Shown here piece after piece: positions 1 through 8,772 of a DNA stretch of 10,778 nucleotides. The notes under the pieces are model-generated. The model was not told the DNA's origin. It worked only from the letters and a program-made list of their open reading frames with translations, and did no database searches. Source of the stretch: Deltaproteobacteria bacterium (GTDB lineage: Bacteria > Myxococcota_A > Polyangia > Polyangiales > Houyiibacteriaceae); contig JAXMNT010000099.1 of assembly GCA_034670305.1 (NCBI GenBank), positions 1 to 10,778 of the forward strand. Direction: 5' to 3'. The stretch's first letter is position 1. Each line of letters starts with the position of its first letter. The position numbers were made by a program, and so were the translations under genes.

Positions 1-125
1 GTCCGCTGGGCATCGCGCTCCGATTCGCGCCTCGCCGTCGCGAAACACACGGCGTCCACGACGCGGGCAAGGGCACGGGCAAGGGCAACGGCAAGGGAGC
101 AGGTCGCTTTTCAGCGACCTGCTAG
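1..125 (-). repeat. Partial copy (cut by window edge) of a structured MITE-like repeat; inverted relative to the copy at 10425-10680
   Basis: The reverse complement of 1-125 matches 10425-10550 except for one substitution (at 10535) and one extra C (10521-10522) in the right copy. Identity stops at the CTAG at 122-125, which holds the TAG stop of the adjacent minus-strand gene. Confidence 0.95.
98..123 (-). other. Perfect 11-bp hairpin with GAAA tetraloop overlapping the stop codon
   Basis: The minus strand reads AGCAGGTCGCT-GAAA-AGCGACCTGCT. No U-tract follows, so it is not a canonical intrinsic terminator. Confidence 0.85.
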
Positions 126-2281
126 ATAATAGGCCCGCCCGGGTTGGCCGGTACGACGATGAACACTTGGCGTTCGTCGAGGACCGCGGCGCCGCTGCCG
201 CGGACCTGGATGAAAGCGATGAACACGCGCGAGACGCGGTCGCCTTCGTAGAAGTTGTTCCGGAAAGTGATGCGGAACTTCACCGAAGTGCCCGGCACCG
301 CGCCGAAGAAGGTCGACTCGTCGATGGCCGCGATCGCGCGGTCGTGCGGGATCTCGGCCGGCGCGAACCAGCAGGGATCGGTCGGCGGCACGGCGCGGCA
401 GGCGGGCTGACGCCGCACGATGAAGCGGGTGGCATCGACCTCGTCGGAGGTGTCGTCCCGGAGCGCGGTGTCGACATCGAGCGGCACGCGGGTGGCGACC
501 GTGTTCACGGCCTCGACCACCTGGTCGATGAACGCCGCGGAGCTGCCACCGCCATCGGGCAGCGTGTAGACGAGCGGGTTGCCGTCGAGATCGACGCTGC
601 CGGTCTCTTCGGCGGTCTGCTTCATGAAGAAGCAGGGCGAACTCGAGTGTGGCCCGACGATGGTCGCGCAGTCCGTCGGGGTGGTGTTGATGCCGACGTA
701 CTTCGCGCCGCGCCGGTTCATCGCCGCCATCGCCTCGCCCCACGTGGCGGGCAGGGGCGTGATCGACGTGTAGTCCGAGCACAGCGATCCGGGCGGGCCG
801 TTGTGCGAGCAGTAGTCGGTGAAGTGCACGATGATCGGCAACGCACCTTCCCGGAAGCACGCCGCGCCGTAGCCGGTGTCGAGGCAGTCGCCCACGTAGC
901 GGCGCATGTTGTAGGACGACCCGCCGGACATCCACATGCCGCCTTCGCCGGTCATCAGCTGGTAGAGGGCTTCGGTGCTGGACTCGGGGCCGTCGCCGCC
1001 GCCGTGGCGGTCCATCGCATCGAAGCGGGTCTGCACTTCCGAGGCGCGCTCGGGCGGCGTCATGCCGATGGCGAGAATGAACGGCTCGTCCGCCCCGCCG
1101 CCGTAGCTGTTGAACGGGTAGTCGTCGTGCTGTCCACCGCCGAACCAGGCGTCCGGAATGGTCTCCCCGATGCGGCTGATGAGGCCGGTGCCGGGCGTCG
1201 ACACGCTCGACTTCACGAGCGCGAGCTCCGCACCCATCGAGCCGGTGGTGTCGGTGATGAAGAAGACGTCCGCGACGCGGATGTCGGTCGAGAAGTCGAG
1301 GTCGCGCTGGACCGGCTCCGCGTTGTACGGGAGCACCACGAAGAAGTCTTCGTCCGGGATGCCGCACGTCGCCATGACCGCGCAGCCGCACCCTTCGCCG
1401 GTCTCACCGTCGGGACAGTTCACCTGCTCGCGCGCGATCTCCACCAGATCGTTGAAGCCGTCCATGTCGGTGTCGGTGCCGCAGAGATCGGTGCCGTAGC
1501 GGACCTCGTCGCTGTCCGACGCGCCGTCGTTGTCGGAGTCGGAGTCCGCGTAGTCCGGAAGACCGTCGCTCGCGAGCTCTCCCGTGACCGGGTTGATCTC
1601 TTCCATGCAGGTGACCGGCGCGGTGTTGATGTCGCCGTCGCCGGCTTCGATCGCGTCGTCGATCCCGTCGTCGTCGGAGTCGAGGTCTCGGAAGTTGGGG
1701 ATGCCGTCTTCGTCGGGATCGAGCCGGCCCTCGTGGGCGTCGGAGATCGAGTCGCCGTCCGAGTCGAGGTCGAACACATCCGGCGTCCCGTCCATGTCGG
1801 TGTCGACCGGTCGGCCGTCCGGACCGAGCTCCTCGATGTTCGGGATGCCGTCGCCGTCGACGTCGTCGTCGTGGGCGTCCATGCGGCCGTCGCCGTCCGT
1901 GTCGATGTCGCGCTGATCCGCGTCGAGCACTCCGTCGCCATTCGAGTCGCGGTCGAGGAAGTCCGGGGTGCCGTCGCCATCCGTGTCCACGGGCGCGGAG
2001 AGACAGTTCATGTCGCCCGCTTCGTCTGCGTCCGAGATCCCGTCGCCGTCCGAGTCGGCGTCCATGGAGTTCGGCGTGCCGTCGCCGTCTACGTCCCCAC
2101 CCCCTTCGTCCATCGTGGAGATGAAGTCGCCGTCCGGATCGTCGCCGCCACCGCAGCGCATGATGGGGGTTCCGGTGTCGTCCACGCCCGAGTCGACTTC
2201 GGGCATGCTGGAGTCGTCGTCCCCACACGCCACGCCGCCGAGGGCGAGCATCGTTACGAGGGCAATTCGGAGCCAGTTCAT
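122..2281 (-). CDS. Lipoprotein with thrombospondin type-3-like Ca-binding repeats and an integrin-beta-like VWA domain (719 aa)
   Basis: Start moved from 2458 to ATG 2281, giving signal peptide MNWLRIALVTMLALGGVA-C (lipobox GVAC). About 14 DxDxDG-type motifs follow (approx. 1440-2145), then a VWA domain with DVFFITDTTGSM (MIDAS DxTxS), GGDGPESSTEALYQ and IIVHFTD. Confidence 0.85.
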   Translation of the reverse strand: MNWLRIALVTMLALGGVACGDDDSSMPEVDSGVDDTGTPIMRCGGGDDPDGDFISTMDEGGGDVDGDGTPNSMDADSDGDGISDADEAGDMNCLSAPVDTDGDGTPDFLDRDSNGDGVLDADQRDIDTDGDGRMDAHDDDVDGDGIPNIEELGPDGRPVDTDMDGTPDVFDLDSDGDSISDAHEGRLDPDEDGIPNFRDLDSDDDGIDDAIEAGDGDINTAPVTCMEEINPVTGELASDGLPDYADSDSDNDGASDSDEVRYGTDLCGTDTDMDGFNDLVEIAREQVNCPDGETGEGCGCAVMATCGIPDEDFFVVLPYNAEPVQRDLDFSTDIRVADVFFITDTTGSMGAELALVKSSVSTPGTGLISRIGETIPDAWFGGGQHDDYPFNSYGGGADEPFILAIGMTPPERASEVQTRFDAMDRHGGGDGPESSTEALYQLMTGEGGMWMSGGSSYNMRRYVGDCLDTGYGAACFREGALPIIVHFTDYCSHNGPPGSLCSDYTSITPLPATWGEAMAAMNRRGAKYVGINTTPTDCATIVGPHSSSPCFFMKQTAEETGSVDLDGNPLVYTLPDGGGSSAAFIDQVVEAVNTVATRVPLDVDTALRDDTSDEVDATRFIVRRQPACRAVPPTDPCWFAPAEIPHDRAIAAIDESTFFGAVPGTSVKFRITFRNNFYEGDRVSRVFIAFIQVRGSGAAVLDERQVFIVVPANPGGPII

Positions 2282-2451
2282 CGGATGTCCAGGGGCAAAG
2301 GGAAAGCGCAGGTCGGCCGCACGAGCGACCCGGACCCACAGGCAGCGTAGGGGGTGAAAGGTAGGCCCCGCAAGGCGGCCCAGCCTCTTCCGTGAGCTTT
2401 GTAACGAGTGGGGGCAGGCCGCCCGAGCCATCACGCCAACCTGCTCGACCG

Positions 2452-2480
2452 TTGACATATCTGTGCCAGAACGGTAGCGC
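2452..2480 (+). promoter_or_regulatory. Candidate sigma70-type promoter for pal-cpoB
   Basis: Perfect TTGACA at 2452-2457, a 17-nt spacer, then TAGCGC at 2475-2480 (weak -10, lacks the final T). It lies in the divergent intergenic region about 140 nt upstream of the pal ATG. Confidence 0.35.
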
Positions 2481-2617
2481 GATGGGCGAAGGGCACCAGC
2501 GGGTGCCCGCGGGGAAGATCCTCCCGATGGGAGGTCCGTTGCGGAAGCAACGACGCGGTTCGCATCGCGCCTGCAAGAACTCGGGGTTTGCCCCCTTCAG
2601 AACGGAAACGACGAACG

Positions 2618-3289
2618 ATGGATCTCAGCACGAGCGAGTACGGACGGAAGTGGAGCGCGCTGATGGGCCTGCTGGTGGCGGCCCTCGCCCTGACCGTGGG
2701 CTGCGGACCGGACTACCCCGCATGTGAAGACGACGAGGACTGTCACGAGAACGAGTACTGTGTGAACGATCAGTGTCAGCAGTGCCGGGACGACAGCCAC
2801 TGTCCTTCGGGCCAGCGCTGCAACAGCGGGCGGTGCGATCCGATCGAAGGGTACTGCAACGGCAACGGCGACTGCCCGGACGGCCAGGAATGCGATGGCA
2901 ACCGTTGTGTCGCCACGCAGACCACCGAGATGCCCGACCCGATCACGGACACGGGCCCGACCGGCTGCACCCTCAGCACCGTCTACTTCGGCTTCGACAG
3001 CGACGACCTCGACTCGAGCACCCGCGACGGAGTCGCGTCCAACGCGCGCTGCATTCAGCAGCGGAACATCTCGCGGGTCCACGTGACCGGCTACACCGAT
3101 CCGCGCGGCACCGAAGAGTACAACCTCGCGCTCGGCGACCGCCGCGCCCGGGCCGTCATGCAGTACATGGTGTCGCTGGGTGTGGATCGAGGTGCCGTGA
3201 GCGCTTCGTCGGTCGGCGAAGAGATGTCGTCCGGCACGGACGAAGCCAGCTACCGAAACGATCGCAAGGTCACGTTCACCGAACAGTGA
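2618..3289 (+). CDS. pal: Peptidoglycan-associated lipoprotein (Pal/OmpA C-like domain) with three N-terminal Cys-rich repeats (223 aa)
   Basis: ATG at 2618; lipobox TVG-C. OmpA-C motifs TVYFGFDS, VTGYTDPRGTEEYNLALGDRRARAV, GEE and NDRKV. Lies directly upstream of a cpoB-like gene, as pal normally does. Confidence 0.85.
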   Translation: MDLSTSEYGRKWSALMGLLVAALALTVGCGPDYPACEDDEDCHENEYCVNDQCQQCRDDSHCPSGQRCNSGRCDPIEGYCNGNGDCPDGQECDGNRCVATQTTEMPDPITDTGPTGCTLSTVYFGFDSDDLDSSTRDGVASNARCIQQRNISRVHVTGYTDPRGTEEYNLALGDRRARAVMQYMVSLGVDRGAVSASSVGEEMSSGTDEASYRNDRKVTFTEQ

Positions 3290-3303
3290 ACGGAAGGGGC
3301 GTC

Positions 3304-4164
3304 ATGCGAGCCAGTGCCATGTGTCGCCCGTTGGGGCCGGCCCTCTTGTTGAGTCTCGCGGTCTGCGGCATCGCATGTTTCTCGAGCAGCTCCGGCAAGG
3401 CGCTCGAGGAAGCGGGCCGGGATCGTGAGCGACGCTTGGCGTCGCTCGAGAGCGGCATGGAGGCGGAACGCCGCCAGATGACCGAAGCCCTCAGCAGCGC
3501 CCAGACCAAGGTGCGCGAGCTCGAAACCGTGCTCGAGCAGGCGACCCAGGTGGTCACCCGCAACAGCGCCGACCTGGGCACCGAGGTCACCAGCCTGCGC
3601 GAGCAGCTCCAGGTGCTCGAAGGCCAGATCGCGGAAGTTCAGAACGAGCTGCAGAGCACGCAGCGGGCGCTCGCCGAACAACAGGCCAGCTTCGATTCGA
3701 AGATCAAGCAGTTCGCCCGCAAGGCCGGCGTGGACATGCAGCTCGAGGAGAGCGAGATCCCGTCGGAGCGACCCCAACACTACGCCGCCGCGGAGCGCGC
3801 GTTCGCCGATGGGCAGCACAGCCGGGCCCGAGCACTCTTCCGCGAGTACGTCACCCGCTACGGCACCGACGATCGCGCCGACGATGCGCTCTACTTCATC
3901 GGCAAGTCGTACTTGGAAGAGGGACGACCCGCGAGCGCGGTCGGCGAGTTCCGCCGCGTCATTCGCGACCACCGCCAGGGCGACGTCGTCGACCGAACTT
4001 TGTTCGATATGGGCGACGCCTTCTACCGGCTCCACGCGTGCACCGACGCGCGCGGTGCGTGGGAAGCGCTCATCGCGGGTTTCCCGCGCAGCTCGCATGT
4101 GCGTGAAGCTCGAACCAAGCTCCGAGAGATCCGCCGCGCCCCCCGCGGCTACTGCACCTCGTAG
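3304..4164 (+). CDS. cpoB: CpoB/YbgF-like coiled-coil plus TPR protein, probably a lipoprotein (286 aa)
   Basis: Start moved to ATG 3304 (GTG 3286 or ATG 3319 also possible). Hydrophobic signal ending GIA-C, a long coiled coil, then TPRs (ARALFREYVTRY...ADDALYFIGKSY; AVGEFRRVIRDH...DRTLFDMGDAF; ARGAWEALIAGFPRS). Position after pal matches the conserved pal-cpoB order. Confidence 0.75.
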   Translation: MRASAMCRPLGPALLLSLAVCGIACFSSSSGKALEEAGRDRERRLASLESGMEAERRQMTEALSSAQTKVRELETVLEQATQVVTRNSADLGTEVTSLREQLQVLEGQIAEVQNELQSTQRALAEQQASFDSKIKQFARKAGVDMQLEESEIPSERPQHYAAAERAFADGQHSRARALFREYVTRYGTDDRADDALYFIGKSYLEEGRPASAVGEFRRVIRDHRQGDVVDRTLFDMGDAFYRLHACTDARGAWEALIAGFPRSSHVREARTKLREIRRAPRGYCTS

Positions 4165-4227
4165 CAGACGCTGCGGCTCAGCCGCGGGTCGAATCGCCGT
4201 TGATGGGCTCCGGGCCGCCTCTGTCGC

Positions 4228-4824
4228 CTACTCGTCTTCGAGACGGCGGGCGTCGGCCGTGAGCCGCGCGAGTTCTTCGCGGTTGGACGAGTTGTAGAAG
4301 CCGCGAATGTGGCCGGTGCGGTCGATCAGGATGAAGTGCATCGAATGCGGGATGTCGCCGCCGGCGCGTTCGCCCATCATCACGCGCATCTGACCTTCGA
4401 TCGCCTGCCGAACCGCCTCGTGCTCGCCGGTGAGGAAAGTCCAGCCCTCCCCGCGCGCGTCCATGCGCGTCCGATAGGCGCGCAGAACCTCGGGTGTGTC
4501 GGTCGCCGGGTCGACGCTGAACGACACGAACTGAACCTCAGTGTCCTCCAGACCGGCGCGCAGGTTCGCCATGTGCGTCGTCAAAAGCGGACAGACGCTC
4601 GGGCACGTGGTGAAGACGAAGTTCGCGACCCACACCTTGCCACTCAGCTGCGCGGTCCCGAACGGTTCGCCCTGATCGGAGACGAGCTCGAACGACTCGA
4701 CCTGCGTCAGCGTCGGCAAGGGCGCGCGGGTGTCGCACCCCAAGGCACCGATCCCGATCAGCACAACGAGCGCGCGAACGGCGTGTTTGCGGGACGGGAT
4801 CGCGATGCGCACGGACGGACGCAC
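4228..4824 (-). CDS. SCO1/SenC family copper chaperone for cytochrome c oxidase assembly
   Basis: FVFTTCPSVCP (CxxxC), SFSVDPATDTPEVL, WTFLTG, conserved His in IPHSMHFILIDRTGHIRGFY; lipobox-like ALG-C. The GTG start directly abuts the ctaB stop. Confidence 0.93.
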   Translation of the reverse strand: MRPSVRIAIPSRKHAVRALVVLIGIGALGCDTRAPLPTLTQVESFELVSDQGEPFGTAQLSGKVWVANFVFTTCPSVCPLLTTHMANLRAGLEDTEVQFVSFSVDPATDTPEVLRAYRTRMDARGEGWTFLTGEHEAVRQAIEGQMRVMMGERAGGDIPHSMHFILIDRTGHIRGFYNSSNREELARLTADARRLEDE

Positions 4825-5733
4825 TCAGCCGAGCGCGGCGTCGATCGGGAACGCGAAGAACAGACCCGTCAGGTAGATGAGCGAGGTCACGAAGAGCTTG
4901 CGCGCCCACTTGGGTCCCGCGTCTTCACGAAGCCCGCGAATGGCCATCACGAGCATGACGCCGCCGAGCAGGAGCGCGGTGCCCAGGTAGAACATGCCAG
5001 CGGTGCGGAAGACGAAGAGCAGCACCGAGCTGATGAGCAGCGCGCCCGTGTAGAACACCGCCTGCCGCTTGGCCGCCGGGAGTCCGTGGCTCGTCGGGAG
5101 CGTGATGAGGCCGGCCTTCTCGTACTCGTTCTGACGGTAGATCGCGATCGCGATGAAGTGTGGCACCTGCCACAAGAAGAGGATCGCGAAGAGCACGAGC
5201 CCAGGGGCGTCGAGCGAGTTGGTCGCGGCGGTCCAGCCCATCAGCGGCGGAAGCGCGCCCGGCACCGCACCGACGAGGAGCGAGACGGAGCTGATGCGCT
5301 TCATCGGCGTGTAGACCGCGACGTAGCTGATGAGTGCGATCGCGCCGAGCAGACCGGTCAGCGGGTTCACGAAGAACGTCAGCACCGGCACAGAGATCAA
5401 GCCGAGCGAGACGCCGAACCAGAGGGCGATGTTGGGCGCGAGTCGGCGGTCTGGAAGGGGACGGGTGCGGGTCCGGGCCATGAGCCGATCGGAGTCGCGC
5501 TCCAGCCAGCAGTTGAGCGCGTTGGCTGACGCGACGACCGTGGCGGTGGTCACCAGCATGAGCATCGCGGTCCACGCGTCGAGGCTCTGAGGCGCGAGCC
5601 ACATGCCGCCCGCGGCGGTGAGCACGACCATCAGCGTGATGCGGGGTTTCGCCAGCGAGACGATGTCGCGGAGGACCGCCGAAAGGGGTCGGGCAGAGTC
5701 GCTTTGCCAGGGTTGTGTCGTCTCGATGCTCAC
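4825..5733 (-). CDS. ctaB: Protoheme IX farnesyltransferase (heme O synthase, CtaB/CyoE/COX10) (302 aa)
   Basis: Motifs LAKPRIT, NALNCWLERDSDRLMARTRTRPLP, YVAVYTPMKR, GAVPGALPPLMGWTA and FLWQVPHF; multiple TM helices. Start moved to GTG 5733, which has GGAGAG upstream. Confidence 0.95.
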   Translation of the reverse strand: MSIETTQPWQSDSARPLSAVLRDIVSLAKPRITLMVVLTAAGGMWLAPQSLDAWTAMLMLVTTATVVASANALNCWLERDSDRLMARTRTRPLPDRRLAPNIALWFGVSLGLISVPVLTFFVNPLTGLLGAIALISYVAVYTPMKRISSVSLLVGAVPGALPPLMGWTAATNSLDAPGLVLFAILFLWQVPHFIAIAIYRQNEYEKAGLITLPTSHGLPAAKRQAVFYTGALLISSVLLFVFRTAGMFYLGTALLLGGVMLVMAIRGLREDAGPKWARKLFVTSLIYLTGLFFAFPIDAALG

Positions 5734-5924
5734 GCGCGCTCTCCAATGGGCCCTCGGCCCGGCCTGCGTATGGCAGATCCCGAGGCCGTTCTCAAGACCT
5801 CCGAGCCGACTTCGCTCCGAGAACGTGCAGGGCCCGCTCGGTGTGGGGTCAGGTCGCCGATCGGTCAACGAACACCGTAGAAAACCCCCGGAACCGGCAG
5901 TTGGGCGGGTCTCGAGGACGGCGC

Positions 5925-6992
<1,068 letters not shown>

Positions 6993-7078
6993 GGCGGGAC
7001 CATATCAGATTCAACGCGGCGAACGTGACAAACAGAGCCTCGGCGCAACCCGACCAGGGCCGCTGCGACAAAGACGGC

Positions 7079-7741
7079 ATGGTCGACCTCAAACGAACTG
7101 CCTTTCCCCCCACGGACCGCACCCCCGATCGCACCGATCGCCCCCGATCGCCCACCGACGCTGGGCGCGCTTCTTCCTCAGACGGTCTCCGAAAGGGCCC
7201 ACGCCGCGGCCGCATCCCACAACTCGCGTCTCGGTTCTCGGAGGTGCTGCTGCGGGAGAAAGGTCGCGGGGCCCACATGGGTCAACGACTTCCCGAATCG
7301 GGGCTCCCGACCACCCGACCGCCCACGCTCGAAGCGGAACCACGCAAGACCCGCTCGATCCTCCCGGCGCCGGCCGAACCCGCGGTCGAAGGCATCGGCG
7401 GGCTCCTCCCAGCCACCCTCGCGCAATTGCTTCCGCCGCTGGGCAGCGCGCCGGGCCCGGCGGCGACCGGATCTGGGGTTCATCACGCCGAGGTCGCCGC
7501 GCTCGCCGAACGCGTGCTGACCTCGATGCGGGTGGGTACATCCGCAGGCCAGCGAGAGGTCCGATTGCGACTCGGCCGAGGCTACGAGGGGGTCGAGGTG
7601 CGCCTCTCGATGGAAGGCGGCCGCGTCCGCACATCGCTCGTGGGCGAGGACGGACGCACCGCCGGGCTCGAGGGGTTGGCCAATGCGCTTCGCCGCGAGA
7701 TGTCGAACCGCCAGATCCCAGCCGACGTCTTCGTCGAGTGA
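7079..7741 (+). CDS. Putative FliK/SctP-like (hook/needle length control) protein (220 aa from ATG 7079)
   Basis: Pro/Arg-rich disordered N-terminal region followed by a compact C-terminal domain (VAALAERVLTSMRVG...EVRLRLG...GVEVRLSMEGGRVRTSL...LANALRREM) whose helix-strand-strand-strand-helix pattern resembles the FliK-C/T3S4 fold. Same strand as, and upstream of, the SctQ-like gene. Start is uncertain (GTG 7025 is an alternative). Confidence 0.55.
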   Translation: MVDLKRTAFPPTDRTPDRTDRPRSPTDAGRASSSDGLRKGPRRGRIPQLASRFSEVLLREKGRGAHMGQRLPESGLPTTRPPTLEAEPRKTRSILPAPAEPAVEGIGGLLPATLAQLLPPLGSAPGPAATGSGVHHAEVAALAERVLTSMRVGTSAGQREVRLRLGRGYEGVEVRLSMEGGRVRTSLVGEDGRTAGLEGLANALRREMSNRQIPADVFVE

Positions 7742-8716
7742 CTAGAGCGCCGAAACCGGTGGTGGTTCGGCCTCGGCTTCGGCCACCTGTCCGCCGAGCC
7801 AGACCACACCGATCCAGAGCACATCGGCGAGGAGCAGATGCACGAGCTGCAACCACGTCGGCGCATGCAGCGTCAGGTTGAGCAGCCCGAGCCCCAGCTG
7901 CAGGACGACGAGGCCGGCCACCGCGTGGCCCAGCCGGAGCCGGTGACGTGAGGCGACGAACGTGGCGAACACCATCGTCACGGCGCCCGCGCCCACCGCG
8001 AGGATCGGGTGGAACACGCGAAGTCGAAGGAACAGATGCGACGACGGATCGAGATCCTGCGCGATGCCCTCCGCGATCGTGTCGACCGGGAAGAGCGTGT
8101 TGCCGAGCGCGGCGATCGCCCCGGTCACGCTGAGCAACAAGAGCAGCACGAGCACGAGTTTGATCGCGGCCCCGGAACGACCCCGAGGCCACAGGGTGGT
8201 GCGACCGCTCGCCCACCAGACGTGGGCGGTCAATGCCCACAGGAGCACGAACGTGTTCAGCAGATGGGTCGCCGACCAGTAGCCGCGTCCGGTCTCCGGG
8301 TTGTCCGCGACCATCTTGAAGATCACGAGGCCTGCGCCGACGAGCGCTTCGGTGGACATGAACACGAGGCCGAGCGTGGCTCCGAGCCGTGCGCGGTGTG
8401 CCTTGGGGAACACTCGCCGCGACCAGACCACGAAGACGAGCGCGAAGATCCACGCGAAGCCACTCGTCACCCGGTGGGTGAGTTCGATCATCGTCTCGAT
8501 CGAAGGATCGACGGGCACGACCTCGCCGTTGCAGAGCGGCCAGTGATCGCCGCAGCCGTCGCCCGAGAGGCTCGCGCGCACGAACGCGCCCCAGAGAATG
8601 ACGCCGATCGTGTACCCGACGAACCAGCGGCTCGCGCGGAGGTAGCGGCGGAGGCCGGGGGCGTGCGGCACAGCGCCGGTGTCGGAGGGTGCGGCCGTTG
8701 GGGAGTTCGAACTCAT
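7742..8716 (-). CDS. ctaA: Heme A synthase (CtaA/COX15 family) (324 aa)
   Basis: Start moved to ATG 8716 to avoid overlap with the SctQ-like gene. GAFVRASLSGDGCGDHWPLCNG (Cys pair), IELTHR (ExxHR) and further His residues in ATHLL, FHPIL and VHLLL; about 8 TM helices. Confidence 0.92.
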   Translation of the reverse strand: MSSNSPTAAPSDTGAVPHAPGLRRYLRASRWFVGYTIGVILWGAFVRASLSGDGCGDHWPLCNGEVVPVDPSIETMIELTHRVTSGFAWIFALVFVVWSRRVFPKAHRARLGATLGLVFMSTEALVGAGLVIFKMVADNPETGRGYWSATHLLNTFVLLWALTAHVWWASGRTTLWPRGRSGAAIKLVLVLLLLLSVTGAIAALGNTLFPVDTIAEGIAQDLDPSSHLFLRLRVFHPILAVGAGAVTMVFATFVASRHRLRLGHAVAGLVVLQLGLGLLNLTLHAPTWLQLVHLLLADVLWIGVVWLGGQVAEAEAEPPPVSAL

Positions 8717-8772
8717 CGCGTACCGCTCGGACTTGAAGCCAGCAGCGCACCCCGGCAAGCTCTCGGGCCGCG

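Noticed and set aside
1440-2145. Recurrent GCCGTCGCCGTC-like DNA repeats
   Set aside because: Fully explained by the encoded DxDGDG protein repeats.
167-2350. 727-aa plus-strand ORF and 426-aa minus-strand ORF (111-1391)
   Set aside because: Antisense and alternate-frame shadows of the VWA lipoprotein gene. They are Arg/Val/Gly-rich with no motifs, as expected in high-GC DNA.
2773-3303. N-terminal 177 codons of the 463-aa ORF, suggesting a pal-cpoB overlap or fusion
   Set aside because: Arg-rich off-frame translation of pal. A proper signal peptide begins only near 3304.
4165-4227. Terminator between convergent cpoB and sco
   Set aside because: Only a short GCGGC-TCA-GCCGC stem without a U-tract; not distinguishable from chance at this GC content.
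4309-5529. 406-aa plus-strand ORF; similarly 7089-8750 (-), 8009-8911 (+) and 3250-4098 (-)
   Set aside because: All overlap well-supported genes in another frame or strand and have no recognisable domains.
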